Assembly: GCA_049903315.1 (NCBI GenBank) | Contig: JBNGBT010000002.1 | Coordinates: 256,001 to 320,000, forward strand | Direction: 5' to 3' | DNA: 64,000 nt | From: Candidatus Cloacimonadota bacterium | GTDB lineage: Bacteria > Cloacimonadota > Cloacimonadia > JGIOTU-2 | Shown: positions 41,601 to 51,392 of the stretch, one piece after another | Numbering within the stretch: the stretch's first letter is position 1 | How the letters are laid out: the number at the start of each line of letters is the position of its first letter | Notes under the pieces: generated by a model | Seen by the model: the letters and a program-made list of their open reading frames with translations, nothing else | What the model was told of the DNA's origin: nothing | The model's database searches: none | Program-made: the position numbers and the translations under genes

Positions 41601-41777
41601 CAATTGCAGGATGTTCTTATCGATATTTATAATATTCACGGAGATTACGTTACTACGATCAAAGGTGAAAAGGGAAGAGCATATTTCGATACTTCCCACC
41701 TCGGTAATGGACTGTATCTTTATAAACTACAGCACGATGACTCAGTTCAAATACAAAAAATGATATTATTAAAATGA
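38664..41777 (+). CDS. M14 zinc carboxypeptidase, multidomain, with T9SS-like CTD
   Basis: Signal from ATG 38664; IHGDE, NPDG, GVDLNRDW, TYHSG, MEIS; CTD NFPNP..NGLYLY. Confidence 0.9.
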   Translation: MKKIIFLIVLCFVFSSQLFAWRPQEMEVKVILNSQEDFQALHALKLNGDVYSDFARVYVISDEFDVLKQTGLEYEIIVEDLEAHSKQILELRTNWLWYDDIITLMDSCATAFPFICRKEYIGETVEGRQISACVISDNVSLEENEPEIMFDGGIHGDELCAAENVARMIRYLCVNYGSNTQVTNIVNNTEVWLYPMVNPDGRFHVVRYNANGVDLNRDWGYMWDAWGGSPGAYSQPETKALRSCMYNHQFVVHTTYHSGTEFISHPWSYRSNLCPDHPHINQLAGIYSTSSGYANLEYGPGCTGMYPINGSSKDTNYGVMGSISWSMEISYQKQPPTSQIVYYWNLNLPAMLTMMEYSNYGLNGLVTDAVTGDPVSALIWVNNFMPTYTDPQVGDFHKYVLNGNYTVTVTANGYESQTMNNVTVTAMNATTVDFQLQPSDDDAFYGYKFAASQIPDNNTGDEGNTPASLGEPDEVNYSIGKDGWCIIDMQYPIIDGAYNDFTVFEGDITPEGYDCYVGNSIDGPFYLVGAGFGTTEFDLNGSGLAEAQFIKIVDDGDGTATAPDAGFDLDAISTEFIQGANLVIDNYYIDDSATGNDDGVLDPGEQADLSIVVRNNGTETAQDIFSMLSCTDLYISVNGGLEPFGNIEPSEMDTSFVTISASGGTPNGHPAYFSLDLHCNNSAFSGMYDIIINIGTMPYEDFETGDFSAFNWQFGGSLDWTIDTNAYQGVYCARSGAIGHNQTTEMSVTMDVSSGQISFYRKVSSESSYDFLQFYIDGAMQGQWSGQMDWSQESFSVTTGTHTFKWVYDKDTNTTGGSDCVWIDNISFPASNPDYPILYIAPTMFDFGQVFVGNDSTKQFLIKNVGGGTLAGTITTPVGFSVMETGGVSPVTVLDYNLSGGDSQEYELIFSPTLAQTYDNQISVSVLPFQFEYLNVYGEGVPQTSLDDPEFYNETRLLGNFPNPVGNATVISYQLKGSAQLQDVLIDIYNIHGDYVTTIKGEKGRAYFDTSHLGNGLYLYKLQHDDSVQIQKMILLK

Positions 41778-41783
41778 GGTAAC

Positions 41784-42980
41784 ATGGAATTATCACAAAG
41801 AGCATTAGGTATTCAGGCATCACCGATAAGAAAACTTGCTCCTTATGCAGACGAAGCAAAGGCAAAAGGTACGCATGTATTTCATCTTAACATCGGACAA
41901 CCGGATATTGAAACACCAAAAGAGATCATGGATGTATATAATCATTTTGATGAAAAGGTGCTGAGTTACGGTCCTTCACAGGGATTGCTGAAATATAGGA
42001 AAAATCTTATAAATTATTATAACAAGCATCAAATTCCACTCAAAATAGAAGACCTCATCGTTACTACAGCTGGTTCGGAAGCTATTATTTTTGCACTTTT
42101 GGCAACCTGTAATGTGGGCGATGAAATAATAGTACCAGAACCTTTCTATACAAATTATAATGGATTTGCAACGATTGCAGGTGTAAAGATCAGACCTCTC
42201 ACGACCTATGCTGAAGAAGGTTTTGCATTGCCGTCAAATGAAAAAATAATTGAGTGCATCACAGATAAAACGAGAGCAATTCTTTTCAGCAATCCAGGAA
42301 ATCCTACAGGCGCAGTTTACTTGAAAAGTGATCTTGAACGGTTGGCAGAAATTGCACTTGAATATGATCTGTATCTTATTTCTGATGAAGTGTATCGGGA
42401 ATTTGTATATGATGGTCTTTCACATGTAAGCAGTCTCCATATTAATGGAATTGAAGATCGGGCAATTATGGTTGACAGCATCTCAAAACGATACAGTGCG
42501 TGCGGTGCAAGAATCGGTTGTATCATTTCAAGGAATCAAGTACTCATGCAGTCATTGCTGAAATTTGCCCAGGCACGGCTCTGTCCTCCAACGATTGATC
42601 AACTTGCAGCAAATGCAGCAGTAGATATTCAGGATGAGTATTTTATTAGTGTACTGCAAGAATATGATAAACGCAGAAATATCGTGTATGATGAAGTACA
42701 GCAAATCGAAGGTGTGGTGTGCGTCAAACCCCAGGGAGCTTTCTATATTATTGTAAAACTTCCTATTGAAGATGCTGAAGATTTTGCGATATGGATGCTT
42801 GAAAAATTTTCTGAAGATGACCAGACTGTAATGTTCGCACCAGCTGAAGGATTCTATGCAACACCAGGTCTTGGCAGAAATGAAGTTCGTCTTGCATATA
42901 TTTTGAACGAGAAAGCGTTAAAGCGCGCAATGTTTCTGTTCCGAAGAGGATTGCAGGAATACATGAATAAAAATTTATGA
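41784..42980 (+). CDS. Class I/II PLP-dependent aminotransferase (aspartate aminotransferase-like)
   Basis: LNIGQPD, NPGNPTG, SDEVY, DSISKRYSACGARIG. Confidence 0.92.
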   Translation: MELSQRALGIQASPIRKLAPYADEAKAKGTHVFHLNIGQPDIETPKEIMDVYNHFDEKVLSYGPSQGLLKYRKNLINYYNKHQIPLKIEDLIVTTAGSEAIIFALLATCNVGDEIIVPEPFYTNYNGFATIAGVKIRPLTTYAEEGFALPSNEKIIECITDKTRAILFSNPGNPTGAVYLKSDLERLAEIALEYDLYLISDEVYREFVYDGLSHVSSLHINGIEDRAIMVDSISKRYSACGARIGCIISRNQVLMQSLLKFAQARLCPPTIDQLAANAAVDIQDEYFISVLQEYDKRRNIVYDEVQQIEGVVCVKPQGAFYIIVKLPIEDAEDFAIWMLEKFSEDDQTVMFAPAEGFYATPGLGRNEVRLAYILNEKALKRAMFLFRRGLQEYMNKNL

Positions 42981-42992
42981 TAGGAGTATGAT

Positions 42993-45900
42993 ATGAAGCA
43001 CATTGTGTTACTTGGATTGTTTGTTTTATTGAGCTCATCTTTGTTTGGAGAAGTAATTGAACTCACGCCGTCTCAGACATTAGTTGATATTACATATTTT
43101 GATGAAAATAATGTAACAATGCAGATCTCACTCGACAAATTCGAGAGAACGGTTCAGCAAAAAGATGGAATTGCATTTGATAATCTCTTTGTCGATTCAT
43201 GGAGTAGATTAAGAGAAGAAGGATATCCTGCATTGCCCTCGATAAGAAAAATGGTAATGGTTCCTGAAAATGGATCTGTTGAAGTTGAAATGTCTGTTTT
43301 GAAAAGCATTGAATACGAGAATATTCATCCGTATCCCGCGCAACCATCTGCAGTTGATAATGATGCTTTTGATACACCTCCTTTTACCTATAATGAACAA
43401 TTCTATACTTCTCAAAATACATATCCGCAAAAAATGTATTCCGTATCGGAAATTTTCACAATACGAGGATTAAGTTTTGTATATCTTACAATAACTCCAT
43501 TCCAATATCATGCTTCCAAAAATATCTTATCCATTGCAGAAGAATTTGAAATCTCACTAAATATATCAGGCACCTATGAATTTGATGACAGATTTTATTC
43601 TGAATATTTAAGTTCAATCGTTATGGATAATGCTATAAATCCAGTGTATGAAGTTCCACAAAGAACTTATCCCAAGGATGTGGATGGTGCGGACCTGATC
43701 ATAGTGACCACATATGATTTTATGGATGCGGCAGAAACACTGAAGGAATGGAAATCGCAGAAGGGATTTTATACGGATATTGCTTACTTAGAAGAAATAG
43801 GTTCGACAGCTCAAAATATTTACACCTATCTCTTTCTCGCATATGAGATTTGGACTCTTCCTCCGTCTTTTGTGATCTTTTTGGGAGATTCAGATATCGT
43901 GCCGACAAATTATATTCCAGATCAGCTTTCCGGCGGATACTTAGGTTCTGATAGACCCTATGCTTGTATGGATGGTGATTATCATCCCGATTTTGGGTAT
44001 GGAAGATTATCTGTAGATGATGAGCAACAGGCATTTATCGTGATTGATAAGATCATTCAATACGAGAAAAATCCTCCAGCATTATCATCATTTTATGAAG
44101 ATGTTATAAATGCCGGATACTTTCAGGATGATGAACATGACGGGTACGAAACAAGGCGTTTTATAAAAACTTCGGAAGAAATGCGCGACTTCCTTCTTTC
44201 CGAAAATTATAATGCAGAAAGAATTTATGTGACAGAAGGCTCGGTGAATCCGACTAATTATAATAATGGATACTATGCAAATGGAGGACCCATCCCTGAT
44301 GAATTGCTGAGGGTGAATGGATTTCCATGGAACGGAAATGCGACAGATATCACTAATGCAATCAATAATGGTATTTTTATGATAACTCATAGAGATCATG
44401 GATATACTGCCGGATGGGGTGATCCGGCTTATAACACGGGTAATATAGCTCAATTAACTAATGGAGAATTACTGCCGATGGTTTTCAGTATCAATTGCCA
44501 AACCGGCTGGTTTGACAGCGAAACAGATGACGACCCAGGCACATTCGAATGTTTCACAGAGATGTTCATCCGAAAAGAAGATGGGGGAGCAGTCAGCTCA
44601 ATCGGAGCATGCAGAAATTCTCTCAGTGGGTACAATGATTTCCTGGCACTTGGAATGATAGATGGTATGTGGGATAATTTTCTTCCTGATTTTAACTTTA
44701 ACACGAATGGCTATCTTGGCTATGTCATGTATGAGGGTTTGATCGTTATGGAACAGTTGTGGAATCCTTTACAATATGAATTCGATATATTCCATGTGAT
44801 TGGCGATCCGACTATTCAAATCTGGCGGGAGCAGCCATTGGAAATTACTGCAACACATGACCTTGGCTTTACTTATGATATAACTTCTATTCCGATTACA
44901 ACTAATATAGATGAAGGAATTGCATCTCTCGTCGTTGATGGAGAACTTGTAGGAAAAACAGAGTTCACTACATCATCTTTTGACCTTTACTTATCCGAAT
45001 CCTTATCTGCACCTCAAACTGGAACGATAACTATAACTGCTCGTGATCATCAGCCCTATGTTCAATCTGTAACATTCATCCCACCAAATGGAAGCTTTGT
45101 CATTATAGATGATTTCTCCATTTCCGATATCAATGGAAATGCAGATGGAGAATGGGACGCAGGTGAGGAAATAATTCTCACCTACAATTTGACGAATGTG
45201 GGTAATGAACCTGTTGATAGTATTGATTTTGAAATATATACAGATGAGAGCTTTTTGGATATTACTCAACCAATCACGACAATTACTGGTTTACAAGCTG
45301 GTGAGTCAATAATTTATAACACCGATGCGCTGATCTCGATGGAATGTACTCATGATCAGAGAATAACGTTAGAAGCAGTAGTGAGTAATATAAGCGCAGA
45401 TTTTGTAGATATTCAGAATTTCAATATTGTCAAACTTCCGAAGATTGTACTGCCAATAGATTCCGTCTATTACGAAGTATCTGATAACTCTATAGTGAGT
45501 GTGCCTTTTGAGATTCAGAATATTGGTGCAGACACCCTTCGCTGCACACTGCTTAACCATTCACATGAATGTGCAAATCTTACTGAGGACGCATCATATC
45601 TTACCATTCCACATGTTGTTGAATTCGAAAATCTAAGCCAGCTTACTTTAACAATGTGGTTAAAACTCAGCCAGATATCCCAGCCTGGATTTATATTGAA
45701 TAAAGGTCTGATCAACGGAGATTTGAGTTTTACTATATCAATGACTAATAGTTCAACACTGTTATACAAATTCCGGGATGCATCGGGTGCCGACTTTCAA
45801 AAAATGGTGAGTTTAGATTTCGCACTTGATGAATGGTTTAATCTGGCATTCGTAGTGAATGAAACTTCAATTACGTCCTATCTGAACGGTGAATTACTCG

Positions 45901-46676
45901 ATACTGATTCTTTTATCTCTCCAATTTATTCAACCAATACAGATATTTTGGTAGGATCATATGTAAATTCCGTGTATGAATTTAACGGATATATTGATGA
46001 ACTTGGAATCTATACTGAAGCATTCACGCAGAATGAATTGCAGGATATGCTCTGCTCAACTGCAAGAGGAAATACGCCAGCCTTGCTCAGTTATTATAAG
46101 TTTGATGCTGAAACAGAAGTTCATGATTATACAGGTTATAATGATGCTCTACCAGAAGGTTCGATCTCATTTGAGAATGCGGGTGCTCCTGTTATGACAT
46201 GGTTTGGCTTTGATTGCTCAGAATTAGTTGTGGAGCCCTATCAAAACGCAGTTATGGATATTTCATTTAATACTCTGGGCTATGACCCGCAATTATTCTC
46301 ATCATACCTGGAGATCAACTCAAATGCAGAGAATAGAAACAGTATGTTGATACCGATTGAATTGCTCTATGAACCATACAGTGTCGATCAAAATAATACT
46401 TTCAACGCTCTCTCATTTTTCTATTCGAATCCATTCTCTCCGCATGATGAAATACAATTCAGCTTAAAAACCCAGCAACATATTTCTGTAGATATATATA
46501 ATTTAAAGGGACAGTTTGTCACAAATATTATCGATGATATGCTTGCACCTCAGAACTATTCTTATCAATGGAATGGGAAAGACCACTCAGGTAGAACGGT
46601 TGAGAATGGTGTGTATTTCATTAGAATTAATTCTGAAGAAAGTACAAATTTCAAGAAAATGGTTTTCCTGAGATAG
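42993..46676 (+). CDS. Gingipain-like C25 cysteine peptidase with LamG-like domain and T9SS-like CTD
   Basis: GYPALP propeptide, WKSQKG, YGRLS, THRDHG and SINCQTG dyad region, VIGDP; LamG WFNLAFV..YLNG..FNGYIDELGIY; CTD. Confidence 0.9.
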   Translation: MKHIVLLGLFVLLSSSLFGEVIELTPSQTLVDITYFDENNVTMQISLDKFERTVQQKDGIAFDNLFVDSWSRLREEGYPALPSIRKMVMVPENGSVEVEMSVLKSIEYENIHPYPAQPSAVDNDAFDTPPFTYNEQFYTSQNTYPQKMYSVSEIFTIRGLSFVYLTITPFQYHASKNILSIAEEFEISLNISGTYEFDDRFYSEYLSSIVMDNAINPVYEVPQRTYPKDVDGADLIIVTTYDFMDAAETLKEWKSQKGFYTDIAYLEEIGSTAQNIYTYLFLAYEIWTLPPSFVIFLGDSDIVPTNYIPDQLSGGYLGSDRPYACMDGDYHPDFGYGRLSVDDEQQAFIVIDKIIQYEKNPPALSSFYEDVINAGYFQDDEHDGYETRRFIKTSEEMRDFLLSENYNAERIYVTEGSVNPTNYNNGYYANGGPIPDELLRVNGFPWNGNATDITNAINNGIFMITHRDHGYTAGWGDPAYNTGNIAQLTNGELLPMVFSINCQTGWFDSETDDDPGTFECFTEMFIRKEDGGAVSSIGACRNSLSGYNDFLALGMIDGMWDNFLPDFNFNTNGYLGYVMYEGLIVMEQLWNPLQYEFDIFHVIGDPTIQIWREQPLEITATHDLGFTYDITSIPITTNIDEGIASLVVDGELVGKTEFTTSSFDLYLSESLSAPQTGTITITARDHQPYVQSVTFIPPNGSFVIIDDFSISDINGNADGEWDAGEEIILTYNLTNVGNEPVDSIDFEIYTDESFLDITQPITTITGLQAGESIIYNTDALISMECTHDQRITLEAVVSNISADFVDIQNFNIVKLPKIVLPIDSVYYEVSDNSIVSVPFEIQNIGADTLRCTLLNHSHECANLTEDASYLTIPHVVEFENLSQLTLTMWLKLSQISQPGFILNKGLINGDLSFTISMTNSSTLLYKFRDASGADFQKMVSLDFALDEWFNLAFVVNETSITSYLNGELLDTDSFISPIYSTNTDILVGSYVNSVYEFNGYIDELGIYTEAFTQNELQDMLCSTARGNTPALLSYYKFDAETEVHDYTGYNDALPEGSISFENAGAPVMTWFGFDCSELVVEPYQNAVMDISFNTLGYDPQLFSSYLEINSNAENRNSMLIPIELLYEPYSVDQNNTFNALSFFYSNPFSPHDEIQFSLKTQQHISVDIYNLKGQFVTNIIDDMLAPQNYSYQWNGKDHSGRTVENGVYFIRINSEESTNFKKMVFLR

Positions 46677-46688
46677 TATTGGAGGGCA

Positions 46689-49142
46689 ATGGAGACAAAA
46701 ATAAACAAAATTTTGTTACTTGTTTGTTGTATCAGTTTGTTGTTTCCACTTGCTCTTTCTGCAGTTCAGAACACTCAACTTCTCGATTCTCTCATCGTTT
46801 CAGGTAAAGATAATTTTGATAAAGGTCGAGATAACCACGCAATTTACATTCTTTTACGAGCAAAGGAATTAGCTGAAGAACTCGAAGATGTCGAAAAAAT
46901 AATTTCGATAAATAAACTTTTTGCTGAAATTTACGAAAACAAGGGGGATTACAAAACGGCAAATGTTTATTTGAGGAGACTTCAAAATATACAGGACAGT
47001 CTTTCTTTGCTGCAACTTGAACAAATATATTTTTATGAACAGGACGAAAGTAAACCCTTAAAGCATCAGACGTATATTGAAGAACTGGAATTATCTAAAA
47101 GAAATCAATTTAATTTATTTGTAATTATTATTTTTGCACTATTGCTTATCTCATTCATCATTATTGTTATAAAAGGGAAACATTCTGAAAAACAAATGCA
47201 ATTGATCATTGAGGAACAAACGAAAGATCTTATAGAAACGAATCTGTCGCTTGAACAGAAAATTAAAGAAAAAGCAGAGAGCGAGGAGAAATTCAGAACA
47301 ATCTACGAACATGCGCCTATAATGATAGATGCGTTTGACGAAAATGGAAAATGCCTACTTTGGAATAAAGAATGCGAGAGGCAACTTGGTTGGTCAAAAG
47401 ATGATCTGACCAATTCCAGCAATCCCTTATCTCTTCTTTATCCCATAGATAAAGAAAGGAAACAAGTACTCGAGTGGATAAAAATTGCGGATGGCAGCTT
47501 TAATGAGAATATAGCAACTACAAAAGATGGCTCTAAGAAGATCCAGATGTGGTCAAACTATAGATTAGCACCTGGTTTCTGTATCTGTGTAGGGTATGAT
47601 ATTACTGAGCGAAAAAAGTCTGAGAATGAGCTTAAGGAAAGTAAGGAACGATACAAAAAATTAATCTATAATTCACCTTCACTCATAGCAGAAGTCGATG
47701 TAGAAACATATGAAATCGTGACGTGCAATCCTGTAATGGCAAAATCTTTAGGAACGACTGTCAATAAGATAATTGGCAGGGATATACGAAAGCTACTTCC
47801 AGAAGATATATTCAAAAGTAGAATGGTGTTTGCAAACAAAGCTCTAGCCGAGAATAATGCTTTTGTCTTTGAAGATACAAATCATGGAAGACATTTTTAT
47901 AATACAGTAATACCAATAATTACTGCAGGTCGGACGACTTATCAAATGATATCTTATGATATTACTGAGAGAAAACATGCTGAGATGGAGCTTCAGGCAA
48001 GTGAAGCGCTGCTTCAGTCATTGATATATAATATTCCACTCGAATTTTATGCGCGGGATGAAGAAAAAAAAGTGTTCATGCAAAGTGCCCGATCAATTGA
48101 AAAGTGGGGTGACCTCTCTGGAAAGAGTGTTGAGGATCATCAGATAGATGTATCTTTAAAGAAATTGTGGAACAAATGGCTGGAATCCGCATACGCAGGT
48201 CATGAAATCGAAGGTGAGTATGATATCTTCATAAAGAATGAACTGCATCATATGAAAACCCTACTTGCTCCTATTAAAAGGGATAATGAGATAATCGGAG
48301 TTTTAGGAACTGATATTGATATTACTGAAATCAAAGAGAATGAGAAAAAATTGATGATGATGAAAGATGACCTTGAAAGCATGGTCGGAGCTGAAATAGA
48401 AAAAAGAAAAGCACAACAGGAGCTTCTCATTCAGAAATCTAAGCTGGAATCTCTTGGTCAACTTGCTGCCGGTATTGCACATGAAATAAACCAACCAATT
48501 GGATTGATCGCACTTGGAGTGGATAATATTTCTGAAAGATTAAAATCCGGAAGTGATGTATCTGCTGAATATCTGACGGAAAAAATAGAAAAATTTTTCA
48601 AATATATTGATAGGATTCATCAGATAATTGACCATATAAGTACTTTCTCCCGAGATCAGAAAGATATAACATTTGATGAAGTAAATATAAATACAATTGT
48701 TGAGCAAGCTTTAGCCATGATAAGATTGCAGTACGAGGATCAAGAGATTCATTTTGAAATAAATCTTGAAGAAGATCTTCGAATGATATTGGGCAACTCA
48801 TTCAAGATAGAGCAGGTTCTTCTTAATCTGCTATCCAATTCTCGTGATGCTCTTGAAGCAAAGACGAACACTGGTGTTGATTTCCAAAAAACGATATCAA
48901 TTAAAACATTTAAAAAAGGTAAATATATAATTATTGAATTCACAGATAATGGAATTGGCATGTCCTCAAAGGAGTTAGAAAGCATTTTTGATCCTTTCTA
49001 TACAACAAAAGGACCGGAAATGGGAACAGGATTGGGATTATCTATATGCTATGGTATTCTTGATGAAATGAATGCAGAGATATCAGTAAAAAGTATTCCG
49101 GATGAATTCACGACTTTTATTATAAAATTTAAGACCTATTAA
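46689..49142 (+). CDS. Membrane sensor histidine kinase with three PAS domains (NtrB-like)
   Basis: Signal + TM; three DITE-ending PAS domains; GIAHEINQP, QVLLNLLSNS, DNGIG, FDPFYTTK, GTGLGL. Confidence 0.93.
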   Translation: METKINKILLLVCCISLLFPLALSAVQNTQLLDSLIVSGKDNFDKGRDNHAIYILLRAKELAEELEDVEKIISINKLFAEIYENKGDYKTANVYLRRLQNIQDSLSLLQLEQIYFYEQDESKPLKHQTYIEELELSKRNQFNLFVIIIFALLLISFIIIVIKGKHSEKQMQLIIEEQTKDLIETNLSLEQKIKEKAESEEKFRTIYEHAPIMIDAFDENGKCLLWNKECERQLGWSKDDLTNSSNPLSLLYPIDKERKQVLEWIKIADGSFNENIATTKDGSKKIQMWSNYRLAPGFCICVGYDITERKKSENELKESKERYKKLIYNSPSLIAEVDVETYEIVTCNPVMAKSLGTTVNKIIGRDIRKLLPEDIFKSRMVFANKALAENNAFVFEDTNHGRHFYNTVIPIITAGRTTYQMISYDITERKHAEMELQASEALLQSLIYNIPLEFYARDEEKKVFMQSARSIEKWGDLSGKSVEDHQIDVSLKKLWNKWLESAYAGHEIEGEYDIFIKNELHHMKTLLAPIKRDNEIIGVLGTDIDITEIKENEKKLMMMKDDLESMVGAEIEKRKAQQELLIQKSKLESLGQLAAGIAHEINQPIGLIALGVDNISERLKSGSDVSAEYLTEKIEKFFKYIDRIHQIIDHISTFSRDQKDITFDEVNINTIVEQALAMIRLQYEDQEIHFEINLEEDLRMILGNSFKIEQVLLNLLSNSRDALEAKTNTGVDFQKTISIKTFKKGKYIIIEFTDNGIGMSSKELESIFDPFYTTKGPEMGTGLGLSICYGILDEMNAEISVKSIPDEFTTFIIKFKTY

Positions 49143-49352
49143 CAATACAGTTTCATAACTGTAACCTTTTTACAACAACTGTTCGATATCGACCAACAGC
49201 AAATAAATTATATAAATTGCAATATAACTGCAATATAAGTAAATTTCGTACCCATTTTACAATAAAAAAATTGACCGAAATCGAACAATTTATTGATAAG
49301 TAAAAATATGTGATATTTGCTAATTGGCTAATGGTAAGCGAGTTAACATATT

Positions 49353-49368
49353 TGGCACACAATTTGCT
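49353..49368 (+). promoter_or_regulatory. sigma54 -24/-12 promoter
   Basis: TGGCAC-ACAAT-TTGCT, with exact GG-N10-GC spacing, upstream of an operon encoding a sigma54 activator. Confidence 0.75.
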
Positions 49369-49385
49369 AATATATAAGCAAACGG

Positions 49386-49730
49386 ATGTTTCTTATGAAT
49401 ATACTTTTAGTAAACTTTGTAAAAGAAAAACTTAATGAGTTGGATGAGTACTTGCATACTCAGGGTTATGAAGTATATTCTGCGGAAAATGACTTGGAAG
49501 CAGTTCAGATCCTCAATAATACACACATCAATGAGGTGGTAGTACACCTTACAAAGATCATGAATGTCGGTTTGATAAATTATATGAATCATTATTTTTC
49601 TGATCTGCGTGTAGTATTAGTGACGAATAATTATGTTGAGCAGGCATTTTCCATAATCAAGAACACTGCATGTGAAATAATCCAAGAACCTTTTACGTTA
49701 TCTACTTTTAGGCAAACGCTCGAGAATTAG
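49386..49730 (+). CDS. Atypical (pseudo-)receiver domain protein
   Basis: Receiver-like pattern (ILLV, GYEVYSAEN..EA, VVLVT, PF) with the conserved acidic pair, phospho-Asp and Lys replaced. Confidence 0.6.
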   Translation: MFLMNILLVNFVKEKLNELDEYLHTQGYEVYSAENDLEAVQILNNTHINEVVVHLTKIMNVGLINYMNHYFSDLRVVLVTNNYVEQAFSIIKNTACEIIQEPFTLSTFRQTLEN

Positions 49731-49821
49731 GTAAAATGAAAGTACAAATTGGTTTTCTTAACGTTGGCTCGGCTTATCGAATCAATCGGAGGAATATCGA
49801 GGAGAAAGGTTAGCTTTCTCA

Positions 49822-51186
49822 ATGGAAGAACTCAAAATCCTCATTTTAGATGATGAAAAGGGATATCGTGAGGGGATCGAGGAGTATTTGTTAACGCAGG
49901 GCTTCACTGTATTTCATGCGGAGAAGCCCTCGGAGGGATTTCAGATTTTAAAGGATGAACCGTGTGATATTGTGATATTGGATCTCAAATTGCCGGAAAT
50001 GAACGGTGTTCAGGTTCTCCGAAAAATTAAGAAATCCTATCCGGAAACTGAGATCATTATGATCACAGCACATGGAGATATGGAAAGCGTTATTGAATCC
50101 TTGCGCTATGGAGCATCGGATTTCTTCATGAAGCCATTCCGGCTTCTGGATCTAAAGACAGCTATAGAACGCACAAAAAGGTTTATAGCTCTTCAGAATA
50201 GAATTACAGGCCTGAAGTTTCAGTACGATCATCTCATCTCTCAAATCAAGGATGCTGACGGCACAACCATAATCGGTAAGAGCAAAGCAATAAAGGAGAT
50301 TTTGAACTTAATGAAAAAGGTTGCGGGAACTGATAATACAACTATTCTCGTAACTGGAGAAAGCGGAACCGGCAAAGAAATTGTTGCAAGAGGAATTCAC
50401 TCATTAAGCGCTCGAAAAAGCCACACATTTTTGGATATCAATTGTAGCTCAATACCTGATAATCTTTTTGAAAGTGAATTTTTCGGGCACAAGAGAGGTG
50501 CATTTACTGGCGCGATCGAACATAAATCGGGATATTTTGAGGTTGCAAACCATGGGTCGATATTTTTAGATGAGATCTGCGATATGCCCAAACATATGCA
50601 GACTAAACTTCTGAGAGTTCTGGAGGGGAATATTTTCAGAAGGATCGGGAGCAATAGAGATATAAAATTCGATGTGCGCGTTATCTCAGCAACAAATCAA
50701 GATATTGATTCATATGTGAAAAATCATGAATTTAGAGAGGACCTACTCTATCGTCTTAATACATTCCGCATTCACATTCCACCATTACGGGAAAGAAAAG
50801 ATGATATAAAACCGTTACTTGATTATTTTGTGAAAGTATATTCCAAAAAGTTAAAGAAATCCATTAAAAATGTGAGTAATCGGATTTATGATTATTTGCT
50901 CAAGTATGAGTTTCCTGGGAATGTACGAGAATTGAGGAATATGGTAGAAAGGGCTTTGATACTCTGCGATAATTCAACACTTCGACTGGAACATTTTACC
51001 CTTCTCGCAGGAAAAGATGCTGAAATTGATGAAGATACATTAGACCTTGCCGTGCTTGATAAGAAAGAAAAGGAGATGCTTACTAAAGCCCTCAAGAGAT
51101 CTGGAAACAACAAAACAAATGCCGCAAAATTATTAAATATCTCCCGCTCGGCTCTTAATAGGAAAATAGAAAAACATAAACTGTAG
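49822..51186 (+). CDS. sigma54-dependent response regulator (NtrC/AtoC family)
   Basis: Receiver, GESGTGKE, GAFTGA, FLDEI, PGNVRELRN, C-terminal Fis-type HTH. Confidence 0.95.
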   Translation: MEELKILILDDEKGYREGIEEYLLTQGFTVFHAEKPSEGFQILKDEPCDIVILDLKLPEMNGVQVLRKIKKSYPETEIIMITAHGDMESVIESLRYGASDFFMKPFRLLDLKTAIERTKRFIALQNRITGLKFQYDHLISQIKDADGTTIIGKSKAIKEILNLMKKVAGTDNTTILVTGESGTGKEIVARGIHSLSARKSHTFLDINCSSIPDNLFESEFFGHKRGAFTGAIEHKSGYFEVANHGSIFLDEICDMPKHMQTKLLRVLEGNIFRRIGSNRDIKFDVRVISATNQDIDSYVKNHEFREDLLYRLNTFRIHIPPLRERKDDIKPLLDYFVKVYSKKLKKSIKNVSNRIYDYLLKYEFPGNVRELRNMVERALILCDNSTLRLEHFTLLAGKDAEIDEDTLDLAVLDKKEKEMLTKALKRSGNNKTNAAKLLNISRSALNRKIEKHKL

Positions 51187-51392
51187 GAGAAAATTTATGA
51201 ACAGGATACTTTTAATAAGTGTGATAGTATCATTAGTAATAATCATAGGCGCAATTATAGGTTTTTTCCTCAACAGAAAAACAGATTTAGGGATAAAATA
51301 GCCTATAATCAGCTGTATCTAAGAAAATCGTTATTTTTCTTGACAAGCCCCTTAGTAAAAATATCAAGTATTCAAAACATGCTGGAGGCAGT

